Source: Amoebidium appalachense (lineage: Eukaryota > Protista > Ichthyosporea). Taken from it: a DNA stretch of 64,000 nucleotides. The notes under the pieces were generated by a model. It saw nothing but the letters and a program-made list of their open reading frames with translations, was not told the DNA's origin and did no database searches. The translations under genes and the position numbers were made by a program. The stretch is from contig CAVNZM010000015.1 of NCBI GenBank assembly GCA_963693365.1, positions 1,364,001 through 1,428,000 on the forward strand, given 5' to 3'. Numbering within the stretch: the stretch's first letter is position 1; each line of letters opens with the position of its first letter. Shown one piece after another: positions 26,938 through 64,000 of this stretch.

Positions 26938-28396
26938 GGTGGTGGTGGTGGTTGGTTGGCTGGTGGGGGGGGGGGGGGAGTCGGTCTATCGAAGAATCCC
27001 TCCCTGAAAGAGCTTTTGGGGGGGTTGCAGTGGAGAAGAGAGAGTCAATCCAGACAAAGGGGAGGGCCATTGCTGGTTTGGCGGTATAGCCCCCCCCTCC
27101 CCCCCCCCCTCCCCCCTCTCACCCCCCTCCCTCCCCCGCCCCTCCCCACTCGCTCCCCCTGCCCCAATCCACCCTTTACATAGGCACACACGCACACACA
27201 CACACACACGCACGGACGCACGCACGCGCACACACACACCACACACAGACAAGCATGCACACATACGCAAGCACACACTCATGCAGACACATTCCCACGA
27301 ACGCACGTGTACACACAGACACACACACACATGCCGTGGACACACACACACTCTGTGAGCTTATGGCAGTCTGTGCTTGGTTTTGTGTCGACATACGATA
27401 GCTACACCATGTTTTTATGTGAACTGAAAGGTGTTAACCCTGGGGGGGGGGCAGAGAATGGTGGGCGCAGGGGGGTAGGGGGGGAGGGGGGGGGGGGGGG
27501 AGTTGGAAGGGGGGGGGGGGGGGTCTTTGTGATCTTTGCCCATTTATGACTTTGCACTCTCGGGTATCCGTTGATGAACACATTTTCCGGATATATTGTA
27601 TTCGTTATATGTTTTTGTTACGCTTATTCTTATGTTGATAATATTAATCGGGAGGTTTGTTGTTACACTTATTCTGTTTTAGTTTTAATAATATTTTATT
27701 CATCATCAGGGGGGAGAGGACGTCGTGTTTGCCGATGTGTGGCAGAAGGATGTGGCTCAGGCGATGGACGGCCTAAAGGTGTGTGATATTTTAGATATGT
27801 GTTAGGAATTCAGACAATGTTCGTGGTGTTCGTTATGAATTTGTGTTGAAAGAATGGATGTGTGAGGGGTCTTTGTGCAGAAAAAATCAACGTGGGTCAG
27901 GAATTTGGGCGAAAATATGGATGTGTTTGAATTTTGTACGGAATTTCGAATGTGTTCGGAATTTAGGCAACACCGGTGGTGTCGCGGTGGTGATTTGGAG
28001 CAGCGAACTGATGGGTAGAGGCGGGCGGAGGGGAGAAATGGTGCTTAACGTGCGTGTGGATTGTGTATTCTATGATTTGAGGAATATTTTGAACCCCCCC
28101 CCCCCCCCCCCCAAAAAAAAAAAAAAAAAAAAGGAGGAACCATGGTATATGCCCCCCCCCCCCCCCCCCCCCCCCCCCTCTCCCCCCCCCCCCCCCCCCC
28201 CCCCCCACCCCCCCCCCCCCCCCCCCCCCTTCCCCCCCCCCAACACGCACACACGCACGCATACAGGCACGCACACATGCAAACACACACACACACACAC
28301 ACACGCACACACACACACGTGCCTTCTCATGTATTGCTCCTGTGCTCCCCCCTTCATTATTCTCCCTCACCAGGTTTATTGCCTACTCCCCCCCCT

Positions 28397-28435
<39 letters not shown>

Positions 28436-28504
28436 AAAAAAAAAAAAAAAACAAAAAAAAACAAACAAAAAAAACAAAAAAACAAAATGGCACTGTGGAT
28501 GACG

Positions 28505-28539
<35 letters not shown>

Positions 28540-29247
28540 TCCCTCCCTCCCTCCCTCCCCTCAGCATGAGCTCTGCTTATCATGCACACCCTTCATGTGT
28601 GGTTTGCACGCTGCATTGTGTTGTCCATTTTGAATGTGCACTCTGTACTCTATATAACACCTTGTAACCTCCCCCCCCTCTTCAGGCTGAGCAAGAATCA
28701 CGTGCCACTGATCTCGGCCTGACCGATCCAGCACCCAGCCAGTCTTCATCCACACCCTCACAAGGCAGCTCCCCCCCCCCCCCCCCCCCCCTCCCCCCTC
28801 CCCCCCCCTCCCCCCCGTCCTCCCCCTCCACCACTCATTCCCCCCCCCCTTCTGCCACCGTTTCCCCTCCTCCTCCAACCCTCTGCCCCTTTTGCCCAAC
28901 CCTTCTTGTCTCACTTTCGTTCCCGCCTTGCTCCCCTCCCCCCTCCCCCCCCCCCCCCCTCCCTCTCCCCCCCAGCTCAGGAAGGGGCTCTGCTTATTAT
29001 GCATACTCTTTATATGTGGTTTGGACTCTGCATTGTCCGTTGTATGGTGAATGTGTACTTCTTATTTTATGTCACATTGACCCCCCCTTCCCCCCCAAGC
29101 TCACACCGTTCTCCCCTCAAACCCCCCCCCCCAAAATCCCAACCCCCAACTCCGAACCCCCCCCCCCCCACAAAAAAAAAGTGAACATGAAAGTCAAACC
29201 TAAAAAGAATAAAATAGTTAAAAAAGAAGGAAGAGAGAAAAAGCATA

Positions 29248-29282
<35 letters not shown>

Positions 29283-30691
29283 CGTTTCCCCCGCCCACCC
29301 CCTTGAGTACGCGACTAAGAGGAATGATTGACAGCCGGACATAGTGACGAAAGTCGGAAAAAGCCTTTCAATGGGTCTATTGTGCTGTAGCAATCGTATG
29401 TCATGTGGAACTGTGTGTTCCATCCTGTCTTTTCCAACCCATGTCGCTACCTATAAACCTCGGGAATAGGTCGAAACTCGGGTACTGTGGATGACGTGGG
29501 CCCCCCCTGAGGATGGGCTCTGCTTATTATGCATACTCTTTATGTATGGCTTGCATTCTGCATCGTGTTATCCGTTTGTTCTTGTGTACTTCGTACTTTT
29601 TGACGCATTCAAACCCCCCCCCCCCCCCGTTCTGGGGTTCCAAACCTCGGGAGTAAATGTGGTCTTAAGCCAAAATGGCGGCCTGCCTGCTAGCTGTGCA
29701 CTGACATCTTATGTGTGGATGGCAGATGGTAAAAAGAGTCTGGGTTCCTTCAAATTTCGTCTCCCAAACATGGTATACTACTCCCCCCCCCCTCCCCCCC
29801 CCCTTCCTCCCTCCTTGCCCCCCCCCCCCCCCCCCCCCCCCCCCTCCATATACACGACAAACTCGATACTAGCACATTTTCCAAAATATTAATCGTTCGC
29901 TATCCTCGTATCGATTTCTTTATTTCCAACACCGCTAAATATGGTATCATAACCAATCAACTATGCAACCCATCACCTCAAGTGCTCCTCATTGCATGGT
30001 TTCTCCACTCGCAGCTACCCTAATATCTAGACTACTGGCTAAGGGATATATTTACCAACAACTCAATCATAATACCATATCATACATCTGAAACAATCCA
30101 TCGATCTATCGCGGTATTTTGTAACACAATCTGACCTCCCTCCCCCTCTCCTCTCCCCCCTCCCTCCCACCCCCCTTTCTCCCTGGCCTCCGTCCCTCTC
30201 CCTCCACACATACAATTATTTTGTTTGTTCACAGGGATTCAACTCACCTTCTTCTTCAAAGGAGAAGTTTGCCACCGCACCAATAACAGTGGTAATAACC
30301 CCCCCCCCCCCCCCCCTCTCCCCTTCCTTCCTTTCCCCTCCCCCCCCCCTCCTCTCCCTCCTCCCTTGGGAAATCTGCATTGTGTGTTGTCGGTCGTGCA
30401 TTTGTACTTAATGCTCTATAACTCCTTTAAACCCCCCCCCCCCCCCCCTCCCCCCCCCCCAAAAAAAAACAAAAAAAAAAAACAAAAAAACACATACACC
30501 CACCCACACCCACACCCACCCACCCACACACACACAAACACCCCCCCTCCCCCCCCCCCCCCCCCCCCCCCCCACCCGCATCCCCATCCCCCTCTCCTTG
30601 CCTTGTCCTCCTACTCCCCCTCTCCTCCCCCCTTCCCCCTCCCCCTCCCCCTCCCCCCGCGCCCCCTACCCTTCTCTCTCATCCCCCCCCC

Positions 30692-30730
<39 letters not shown>

Positions 30731-30879
30731 TCCCCCTCCCCGCCCCCCGGCGATAGCCACACCACCACTGTTTCCTGCACCGTTTCCTGACTGAGCTGTT
30801 GCATCTTAACAGAGGACACCCCCCATCTACCGTGCGGCAGCCAGCTCACCATCCAGTGATGTGGAGTCGGGGAGCGAAG
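23128..30879 (+). CDS. Tentative 5' exons (low-complexity N-terminus) of the TBC RabGAP gene
   Basis: A chain of small exons with mutually compatible phases leads into exon 32638: 23128-23191, 24109-24158, 24810-24856, 25959-26022, 27031-27083, 28686-28764 (GC donor), 29726-29772, 30235-30291, 30813-30879. A candidate first exon is 21883-21919 (MSGFQPMVNLTM, GTGAG donor). There is no homology support; the evidence is splice signals and frame continuity only. Confidence 0.55.
26065..26271 (+). mobile_element. Ribozyme-bearing dispersed repeat, subfamily A' (5'-truncated)
   Basis: Near-identical to 50611-50817 and flanked on both sides by poly-C. Confidence 0.85.
26090..26182 (+). ncRNA. Putative rearranged hammerhead ribozyme (subfamily A')
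   Basis: CAGUAUCUGAGU (26090-26101) pairs with ACUCGGGUACUG (26133-26144), forming stem III. The GUU triplet ends at 26102. GGG 26103-26105 pairs with CCC before CUGAGGA (26164-26170). GAAA lies at 26130-26133. GGUC (26126-26129) pairs with GGCU (26173-26176). Confidence 0.7.
29462..29628 (+). mobile_element. 5'-truncated subfamily A' copy with C-tail
   Basis: Identical to the 3' ~150 nt of the 26065 and 50568 copies. It lacks the GUU strand. Confidence 0.85.
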
Positions 30880-30899
30880 GTTTTCTTTCACGGTATCTA

Positions 30900-30940
<41 letters not shown>

Positions 30941-30955
30941 AAAAAAAAAGCCCCC

Positions 30956-30986
<31 letters not shown>

Positions 30987-31367
30987 AAAAAAAAAAAAAA
31001 GGTTTTTTTTTGTTTGGGGGGGGGGGGGGGGGATTACAAGGTCCTGTGCTTCGTTTCACCCGTTGCTTAGGATCAGTAGCCGGTGCCCCTCCCCCCCCCC
31101 CCTCCCCCCCCCCCCCCCCCCCCCCCCCCGGGAAACAAAAATTATACTGATGTGGTTGTAGTGGTGCTTTTTGGTTCGTTTCAAGTTCCCGCTACCAAGA
31201 AACAGGGCTAGTCTAGGGAATTGATGAAAGTGAGAAGGTGCCATTACTGTCTTCGATTGGTGCTTTTCAATCCGTTTATCTATCTGAAACACTTTCACTA
31301 GTATCACCGTATATCACGATCTATGACCAATCGAGCAGAATTGTCCCAAAGCCCTCCCCCCCCCCCC

Positions 31368-31401
<34 letters not shown>

Positions 31402-31998
31402 CTCCCCCCCAAAATAAATAAATAAATAAATAAAAACCACCACCACCACCACCACCATCCCTTGGGCGAGATCTCCGGAACCTGCGTGCTTGGCTGCTGA
31501 TCTACCCGCCCTGATTATTGCCTTTTCAGATTTATCGGCAATAGGAGTTTGTTCGAACGACCGGGGTCAATAAAGAAAAGTAAGACCCTCGCTCCCCCCC
31601 TTCCCCCCCCCCCCCCCCCCCCCCCCTCCCCCCCCCTCCTCCCCCCCCTCCCCCTGGCGCGCGCGCTTGCCCTCTTATCCCTTACTCCCTTCCGGTCCCT
31701 CTGGAGGCACTCACAAACGCATCCACCACCATTCCGTCCCTTCTTTCCCCATATTTTTTCCAACCCTCCCTCCGTCGCCGCCTCCTCTCCCCCTCCCCTC
31801 TTCCACTCCCGCCTTCTCTACTCTGCAATGCATTTTCTCTGTGTGCTCTCTTGTTGTGTTGTCCGTCGTGATTGTGTACTTCCTTTCGATAGCCCATTCT
31901 CAACCCCAAATCCCCCTGCTCTATCTCTCTGGTTGCTTTCTTTGTTTTTTTTGTCTGCTTGCAGATTTTGTAGACTCTGCGTTCTTAGATTGCTGGTC

Positions 31999-32271
31999 CT
32001 TGAACAACCCTGCTCGTCTTTGGCCAAGACGGGTGGACTCGCCTATTGCTGTTGAAACAAAGTATGGGTTGGGAACCACGCGCGAGAGGTTAAAGAGTCG
32101 AAACCCATGCTTTTGTGGAGGCATAGGAACCCCCCTGATGATGGGGCTGTGTTCAAGTGTCTTCTGCCTGCACGCTTAAATTATTTGATTTTGGATTTCC
32201 CACCTTTGTGACGCTTTGTTGTTGCTCTTTGTTGTCTCCTCCATATTTCCAACCCTCTAACGCATACATCA
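31999..32271 (+). mobile_element. Ribozyme-bearing dispersed repeat, subfamily B
   Basis: Shares the head hairpin CAACCCTGCTCGTCTT..AAGACGGG with A and A'. Its 3' end (TCTCCATATTTCCAACCCTCTAACGCATACATCA + poly-C) is shared with 53609-53818, 51134-51242, ~26375-26468 and ~41106-41233. Confidence 0.8.
32058..32154 (+). ncRNA. Putative rearranged hammerhead ribozyme (subfamily B)
   Basis: Stem III is AAAGUAUGGGU / ACCCAUGCUUU. GUU ends at 32070. Stem I is GGG/CCC. GAAA lies at 32100-32103 and CUGAUGA at 32135-32141. There is a linker hairpin AACC..CGCGCG..GGUU and a clamp GAAC/GUUC. The stem II strand carries variants in this copy. Confidence 0.65.
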
Positions 32272-32637
32272 CCCCCCCCCCCCCCCCCCCCCCCCCCCTT
32301 CCCCTCCACGCCTCCCTACACATACACGTACGTGCCCTCGCGCGCACACGCACACACGCGCGCACACGGACACACGCGTACACACGCACACGTACACACA
32401 CACACACACAAACACATGCGCGTGCACACACACACGCACATACGCATGCACACACACACATACTCACACACACACACACACACACTCACCCGCCCTCCCC
32501 TCCTCCTCACCCCCCCTTCCCCTCCCTCCACACACTCACTCACCCCCACCCCCCCCACCCCCCCCACCTCTCCCCTCCCCCCCCTCCCTTCTCTCCATCC
32601 GCCCCCTTACCCCCCTCCCCCCCGTGTGTACACACAG

Positions 32638-56897
<24,260 letters not shown>

Positions 56898-57293
56898 AAA
56901 CCGGGCAATGAGTGAAAACCAAAGTATACCTGAATGAGTGAAAACCGGAAAAGGAATGAAAGCCGGAGAAGGAGTGAAGACCGGAGCCCAGCAGTGTGCA
57001 TCTACGGATCGAAGGTGTGAAGCAAGCCTGAAACATTGATTTGAATGAAATTAGGGTGACAGAGTTTGAGGGTGTCTGTGCAAGTGTGTATAGGAGTGGA
57101 CGGGTGGGTTACTAAGTGTGTGTTGGCGTGCCCGTGTAGGTCCACGTATGTGTGTGCGTGGGCGGGTGTTTGTGTGTGCGTACGTGCGTGTTTGAACGAA
57201 GGATCGTGTAGTTTGAAGTTGTTTTTTTGTCACATCTATGTTGTGGTGGTATACGCGGAACCCACACAAGTGGGTGGGTGATTGTTGTTGTTG

Positions 57294-57340
<47 letters not shown>

Positions 57341-57930
57341 ATGTGTTTCGTTTGCAGCTTTTTTTTATGCTTGACGAATGATAAGATAATTCGAAATTTT
57401 AACTCAAACTCGTGTGCAAATTTTTACTGTATGTTCAAGTAGTGTGAAGGTATTCTAGCTGTAGCGAAATCCCCCCCTTGCTACCAGAAAAGCGGTTAGT
57501 TCTTATGTTCTGCCATAGCTTGTCAATTCTAGTTGATTGTGTGTAAATAAGGAAATGTCAGCAAGTATTGGAAAACTAAGTGAAGTTGTGTTTATGTAGA
57601 GTAAGTAGTATGATATATCTCAGTGACTCATGTGATACATCTCGGCAACTCACGAATATCTGGATATAAATCCACCAACCCGCATGCAAAGTTGCAATAA
57701 AAATATAATGGTACGAAACCAAGGTATGTTGCCTCGGTTTGGGGGGGAAAAAAAATCCCTCCAAGATCCGCAATTTATAGATGTTTTCAGGTTCGTCACT
57801 CTTCTTCCTAGTTCAGGTTCTTTGTGTATCGTACTTGTAAGCCCATGCAGCGCGAAATGCATTCCCCCCCCTCCCCCTCCCCCAAACACACACCACACAC
57901 ACACACACAGACACAGTGTCACACACAGAT

Positions 57931-58001
<71 letters not shown>

Positions 58002-58004
58002 GTG

Positions 58005-58085
<81 letters not shown>

Positions 58086-58557
58086 CACACCACCAATCAC
58101 CACCACCACCAGCAGCCAGGGATCCGCCGGCCCGGGCCCAAGTAAGCTGTTAAGGCATGGAAAATACCTCATTAATGACGGCCTAGATCTCTCTGCCCAG
58201 TTGTCCCACGAAGCTTCGGAATCAACGCATGCGCATGCACACAATTCTCTCTGTTTTTTCGGTAATTTGTCTCTTTGTTTTTCCAGTAATTTGTTTCTCT
58301 TTTTTTTCCAGTAATTTGTCTCTCTGTTTTTTCAGTAATTTGTGGCCTAGGTGTGCTCAGCTTTCTAATCAAATCATTTAACTCGGGTATTCAGCCAGCC
58401 TTTGCATCACCGGAGTCAGGACAAAACTTAAGTTTCTTGTTTGAACATCGCACATAATCCCCCCCCACCCCCCCCACACACACACACGTGCACACGTCTC
58501 TCTCCCTCCCTCCCTCCCTCCCTCCCTGGCCCTCCCTCCCTCCCTCCCTCTCGCTCC

Positions 58558-58599
<42 letters not shown>

Positions 58600-58635
58600 A
58601 TGGCAACAGCACTACCATCACCGCCAGTGGTCTCA

Positions 58636-58704
<69 letters not shown>

Positions 58705-59820
58705 GTTTACAGGTGTACACACATCATAGGCAACGCGACATAACCCTGCACACACGGGTTAAAAATCACCCAGCCAGCACCATATTTATCCAACATGAAC
58801 TCATATTGCTCCCTTCATACATACTGAAGTAGCCAAACACCGCCAGAGCAGTGTTATGGTTTTTTGTTTTCCAAATTCCCGTATTTTCATGATTCGCCTT
58901 GTATTCATTAAAACGCTCCGGCGGGAAACCTCCATTAAGGTACGGCTGCGGAGGCTAAAAATAAAACCAGAGCACCCATAAAACGGCAGGAGCCAGAGCA
59001 CAGCTTGGCTTCCTTGGTAAAATAAACCCTTAAGATCGACTCACAACGCCATATCGGGAAAATGTTACATACGAGTAGAGTTTACCAATCAACATATCCC
59101 GATTAGCCTACCACGCAATATTTAGAAAATTGTTACATATGGTTAAGGTTAGGTTTACCATCACCAATTGACTATTTGCCTATCAAGCCATGTTAAAAAA
59201 ATCTTAAATAACGCTCAGGTTTACGAATTCGAATCACCAGAAACATCAGAAACATTGCACAGGGGCAAATAGACCACCTGTCCATCGCTGCATAACTCAC
59301 CCATCCACCACCCACTTAACATTTTAATCATATCATACGGGCATCAACTGGCAAGTCCACTAATTCTAGCTAGAAATGGAAAACGCCTGTTCCTTCCTCG
59401 CGTGTAGATGTCCAAAAACACATGCTTGTGTTCTAGAGTTTGAAGCACAGAGAATCATGTCACAATAGGATCAAGAGAAAAAGGAATCGTTCCCAGGAAA
59501 CAAAGTAGTCCCAGGTTGTATAGTTTTCCATGTAGTTGCACAAACCCTGGTATCATTTGTATCATCACTAGAATCAAGCCAGTTGCCACCACAAAACAAA
59601 ACCATCCAAGCCAAGACCCGAGAAAGCATTCAGGTAATGTGTTGGGAAATGTTGTTTGTGCACAAGTGTACATGTTTTGTTAACCTGGTTGGAGAGCTTA
59701 TGTGGTTCCATGGAAAGGTGCACGAAAACTCACCGTGCTAAATCAACTACAAATTGCTTCGTCCCCTGTTTAGCCTATGTTTTTCCACCAGAGCAGTTGT
59801 GCAGCTGCACATTTACACCC

Positions 59821-60720
59821 TCACACCTTTGTCGGAACGTAATCTTTCTTCTTCCTGAACATCGGGTGCTCCATTGTTCCCGGCATCTCCCTCTCTCCGT
59901 AGCCCTGCTTGATCAGATCATCCAATGTGGGTCTCTCTTTCGATGGCTGGGGTGGGTTCTCATCTGCCCGGATGTTGAAAGATGCAGCCCGTGCTCTACC
60001 CGAAGACCTTCGTTCAATTGTTGGTGAACTGGGAGTGGATACGCTTGCGGTAATCTTAGGGGATGTTGGAGAGACAGCCTGGGCTGACTGGGCAAGAGCA
60101 GCGTTCAATGCATCAACAAGGGCTGTGCCGTCGCTTGGACTCCGCCTGGCCATCAGCTTGTATGCTTCTCCAACTTCTGTAGTTTGCTGTTGTTGGTTGG
60201 CAAAAAACACCATGGCCGACATCTGCGAAGGGGAACGTGTGGCGGTGGTAGAACGAGGAAGTAAGCGAGGGGAGAGAGACGCGAGAAGACCAACACCAGA
60301 GGTTGTGTCGCGAAGGCCGGGTGGTGCAGAGACCATGACTGCAGGCTCCTCAACGCGTGTTAGAGTGCCAAGATTCGCCATGTTGCTGGCTCGAGCGAAA
60401 ATGGAAGACAGGTCGTCCGCGCTCCCTACGTTGCGCTTTGAAACCCCCCCAAGCCTAGGTTTCCCCGCTCTTCGCACGTGCAATGGTTGCTTAAGATGTA
60501 ACGAGCCCCCTAAACTAGAGCTTTTCTGCACGGGAATCTCAACCTTTTCGGTGCTGTCAGGAGTGGAAAAAACGCCTATGGTTCTGGAGATGGCGGGGAT
60601 GGGCCTTACTAACCCTAACTGTGTGGTAGTTAGTGGCTGTCTTGCTAGTGTGCTTGCACGGAGAATCCGCTTACAGTCGAGAACTTCGTCTCTTGATTTC
60701 GAGTCCAAAAATACAACCAT
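59821..60720 (-). CDS. Intronless hypothetical protein, 299 aa, Ser/Ala/Arg-rich and likely disordered
   Basis: Long ATG-to-stop ORF in repeat-free sequence. It has basophilic phospho-like motifs (RSPS, RRSPS, RRSS, RARAASF) and a more ordered-looking C-terminus (PTLDDLIKQGYGEREMPGTMEHPMFRKKK). No family recognised. Confidence 0.65.
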   Translation of the reverse strand: MVVFLDSKSRDEVLDCKRILRASTLARQPLTTTQLGLVRPIPAISRTIGVFSTPDSTEKVEIPVQKSSSLGGSLHLKQPLHVRRAGKPRLGGVSKRNVGSADDLSSIFARASNMANLGTLTRVEEPAVMVSAPPGLRDTTSGVGLLASLSPRLLPRSTTATRSPSQMSAMVFFANQQQQTTEVGEAYKLMARRSPSDGTALVDALNAALAQSAQAVSPTSPKITASVSTPSSPTIERRSSGRARAASFNIRADENPPQPSKERPTLDDLIKQGYGEREMPGTMEHPMFRKKKDYVPTKV

Positions 60721-63566
60721 GACTATTACCCTACCCCAACGTTTGGAAATGCGTGTAAACAGGAGAACTTGTTACTCCCATGCAAACCGATCAACCCTTC
60801 GCAGTCTTCGTGTTCAATGCTCGCTCGTTCTATGAAACTGGTGAACTTGAAAACCGCCTTTTTCCCAAATAAAAAGAACCGTCACAAACGCTTTATGAAC
60901 AATTTTACATGCTTGTCTCCCTACTTCACCTAAGATGTTGCCAGGATCTATGAACAATTTTGCAAAGAAGGAAACGTGAACATAAAACCGCCAACCTTTC
61001 ATGCGAACAGTCGGGACTTGGCAAAAGGAAAAAATGAGTCCCCAGGATGTGGTCGTGAGACTTTATCCGGGCAGATATTTCTCCCTAGAGCAAGCGGAGA
61101 GATTTTAAATATATTGATCTAGAATACTGGTGGGATATATTGAATACTATCCAATGAACTCATATTGGTGTCAATTTGGTGATAGCTTTCTATTAATATT
61201 GGTTGGTTACATACAATACTCTAAGGAATATTATTGAGAAATAAAATTTTATTATTTTTTCATGCATGAGCTAGGTTCAAGTATTTAAACAGCTTCTATG
61301 AACAGCTCGCCACTCTTTAGTCTTGGTTATTTGATCTATTTACTCGAGATAGTCTAAATGACGTAGTTTGTTGTTCCCGCGAATCCAATGGAAGGTTTGA
61401 TTGAGAGGAGGGCAGAGCGCACCATCCCTTCTGTATTGATTGGCAAGTACATTGACAAGAAACGATCTACAAAGCTATACCTTAGCTGTTAACCTTATAT
61501 TAGTGGTGTTATTATATTGGACATTGCTGTTGTATATAAAAAATCAGATGATTTTGAAGTTGATGAGTGAAGAGAGTTCCCTACGTGTAACCACAAATGA
61601 CATACAACATGTATACATCTCAATTGGTTGGGATGACCCCTCCCAGGATTGCCCCCCTGAGGCGATCACCCACGATGGGAAAGGATTATGTACTCAATTT
61701 ACTTGCTAAAATTTTTCGTAACATAATGTCATCGACTCATCGTTGTCATGGAAAGACTGTTAGAGGAAAAAATCCCTTCGGGCCATAAAATAATATTTAC
61801 AACCTATCAACACAGTTTTCGAATACTTATTTATTATTAGAGACTTTGATTGCATAGAAGCATAAGCTTAGTCTATTCAGCTAATACATGGCAGGGTTCA
61901 GTTTTAGATTTGGCGATGGATCCCCCTTTGTTGGATCACGCCGTCCTAGAGCGAAGCAGACCCGTTTGAATGAATATTGTACACAAACCTACACAAACAG
62001 TACAATCCTGAAAGTTTCCTTCAGATGACGTTTCTTTCCACCCTACAATAGCGTAGAGCCATGCAGAGAAAAGAAATGTGATGCTTTTCTGTGTGGATAG
62101 AATATTGTATGCCCGTTGTGGAAAAGGAGTGTCAAAAAATGTATTAACCTGCAAGGCACAAACGGTGTGAACGTTAACTTGTGAAATTGCTGAACCTCTT
62201 GGCTCAATGCCCATTATTGCCAACTTGCTTTCCCATGGCATTTTTGTGTCTCCTTCACACCCATCTTTCAAGCGCATGTGCAGTTTATCACAGCTTTTAA
62301 CTTTTGTGTTTCCAGAAAGTGACGGTTGCCCCTTATTGGACTCTTTTGCTCCCGAACACCCCTCACATTCGCGTCATTCCCATAAACACACCCACAGGAA
62401 CAAGCTATTCCAGGATCTTTCGCGTGTACTGTTTTTTTTCTAGACATCAAGACCATCTACTCCTTCTATTCTCAGTATCTCCTTCCTCCATCATTGAACC
62501 CCTCTCCACCCCCATTAATTGCTTCCTTCCTCTTCAACTGCGCCTTTAGCCTCTAAATCTTGCCCACTCCTTCCCTTCGATTCCGCATATGTCTTCTTCT
62601 TCGAACTCCATGTTAGAACATCCGCTTGAGCCTTTGAAAAACGGCATGCTACACAAGGTCCAAGGTGTACAATGTAACGGTTACCTTTCAGCAGACAGGA
62701 TGCCCATGGCTTCTTCAAAGCTCAGCCCAACATGTAGTGCTGAATCTGGGGGCGTAAGGAGGAGCCTGAAAAGGGAGAAGTAGGAGGGGGGGGGGGGGGG
62801 GGAAAGGTTGCAGGGTTTGAGTGGAAGAAGGCCGGGGGGGAAGGGGGGGGGAGAGGGGGGGGGGGGGGGGGGGGAGGTATTTGCCCTCCATGTGTCCCGT
62901 GGCTCTGAAAACCTTACCCCCCCTTTCCCCCTGCTCCCTCCCCCAAGAGTCTTCCCCTCTAGACCTTTTCGCCTCCGCGTGCACCCACCACCACCAACCC
63001 CCCCCTCCCCCCCCCCCCTCCCCCCCCCCTCCCCCCCCCCCCCCCCCCCCCCCCCCGGCCCTCCCCCTCCGCCATCCTTCCCCCACATGTGCCCCTCCCC
63101 CAGCAACCCCCTCCACCCTCCCGCACCCTCATGGCTCCCTTTTGCTGGACATGTCCTCCCCCACCCCCCCCCCCCCCCCCTTCCCCCTCCCACCCGGACG
63201 GACCCACCCCTCACGCCCTCCCCGCCATCCCCCCCCATCCCCCCCCCCTCTCCCCTCCCCCTTCCCCCCCATACATATACACACACAAACCTACCCCTCC
63301 AAGAGGTGGCGGTGTAGGACAAGACTGCATTAGCTAACGGTAGAAACCGAAAAGGACCCACGTGCTCGTGCACAAGCACCCACACCTACCTGCATCCTGA
63401 GCCACAGTGCATAGTACGCACGGACAGCTGTCCCGAAATAGAACCCATTAAAAACAAACCATACAACTTGGTTCCGCTAACTAGCAGGTACATACCAGAA
63501 CATTGGAAGAAAACCAGGGAGAGGGGAAGGAGGGGGGGGGGGGGGGGGAGGGCGGATGAAGGGGGG

Positions 63567-63608
<42 letters not shown>

Positions 63609-63643
63609 AGGGTAGTCGGGAGCAAAAAGGGGGAGGGCCGTAA

Positions 63644-63677
<34 letters not shown>

Positions 63678-64000
63678 CTAAGGGCCCCGGCCGAGCGGAA
63701 GAGGATACGGGTAGGTGCAATGAAGTTCTCGACACAGTTCTCACATATGCGTGCACACACACACAAAACATGGGACTTTGCAAGTGTGTGTACAACTTCC
63801 CAGCCTCCCCCCCCCCCCCCTCCCCTCCCCCCCTCCCCCCCCCCCCCCCCCCCCCGGGCCCCTCTCCCCCTCCACACCTCCCCCCCATTCTCACCATCCC
63901 TTGCATGACCCTCATTTCCCAATCCTCACCCTCCCATCCCCATGGGCCTCCTCCCCCCGCCCCTCCCCCCCCCCGTCCCCCTCTCGTCTCACCTCTTCCC

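Noticed and set aside
27695-27720. Minus-strand CCCCCCTGATGATG resembling segment C of the ribozyme
   Set aside because: There is no GGCTCT stem II strand and no matching GAAAC or GUH segment nearby.
59909-60835. 308-aa plus-strand ORF
   Set aside because: It is most likely the antisense shadow of 59821-60720, whose composition and motifs look more protein-like. Not formally excluded.

Overview
Eukaryotic, intron-rich genomic DNA saturated with (CA)n/(GT)n, (GA)n, poly-C/poly-G and poly-A tracts. The gene content suggests a unicellular opisthokont, which is an inference only. Two spliced genes were reconstructed by hand with phase-consistent junctions. (1) A 16-exon, 1540-aa minus-strand carbamoyl-phosphate synthetase (14902->4667) with a mitochondrial-type presequence and fused small and large subunits resembling fungal arginine-specific CPA1+CPA2. 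It has a TATA/Inr promoter and an 'MNGR' uORF reminiscent of the arginine attenuator peptide. (2) A ~37-exon plus-strand EVI5/RABGAP1-like TBC RabGAP with a coiled-coil tail (~23128-56897). Also present: a probable LINE 3' end (1-441), an intronless orphan ORF (59821-60720) and several minisatellites. The most striking signal is a family of short, C-tract-flanked dispersed repeats (three subfamilies, more than 15 copies or fragments). They carry all the catalytic-core elements of a hammerhead ribozyme (GUH, GAAA, CUGANGA) with covarying stems, but in a strand order matching none of types I/II/III. One locus is a partial tandem with a 450-nt period, as in retrozymes and Penelope-associated elements. 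Nearly all ORFs in the supplied track are microsatellite artefacts.
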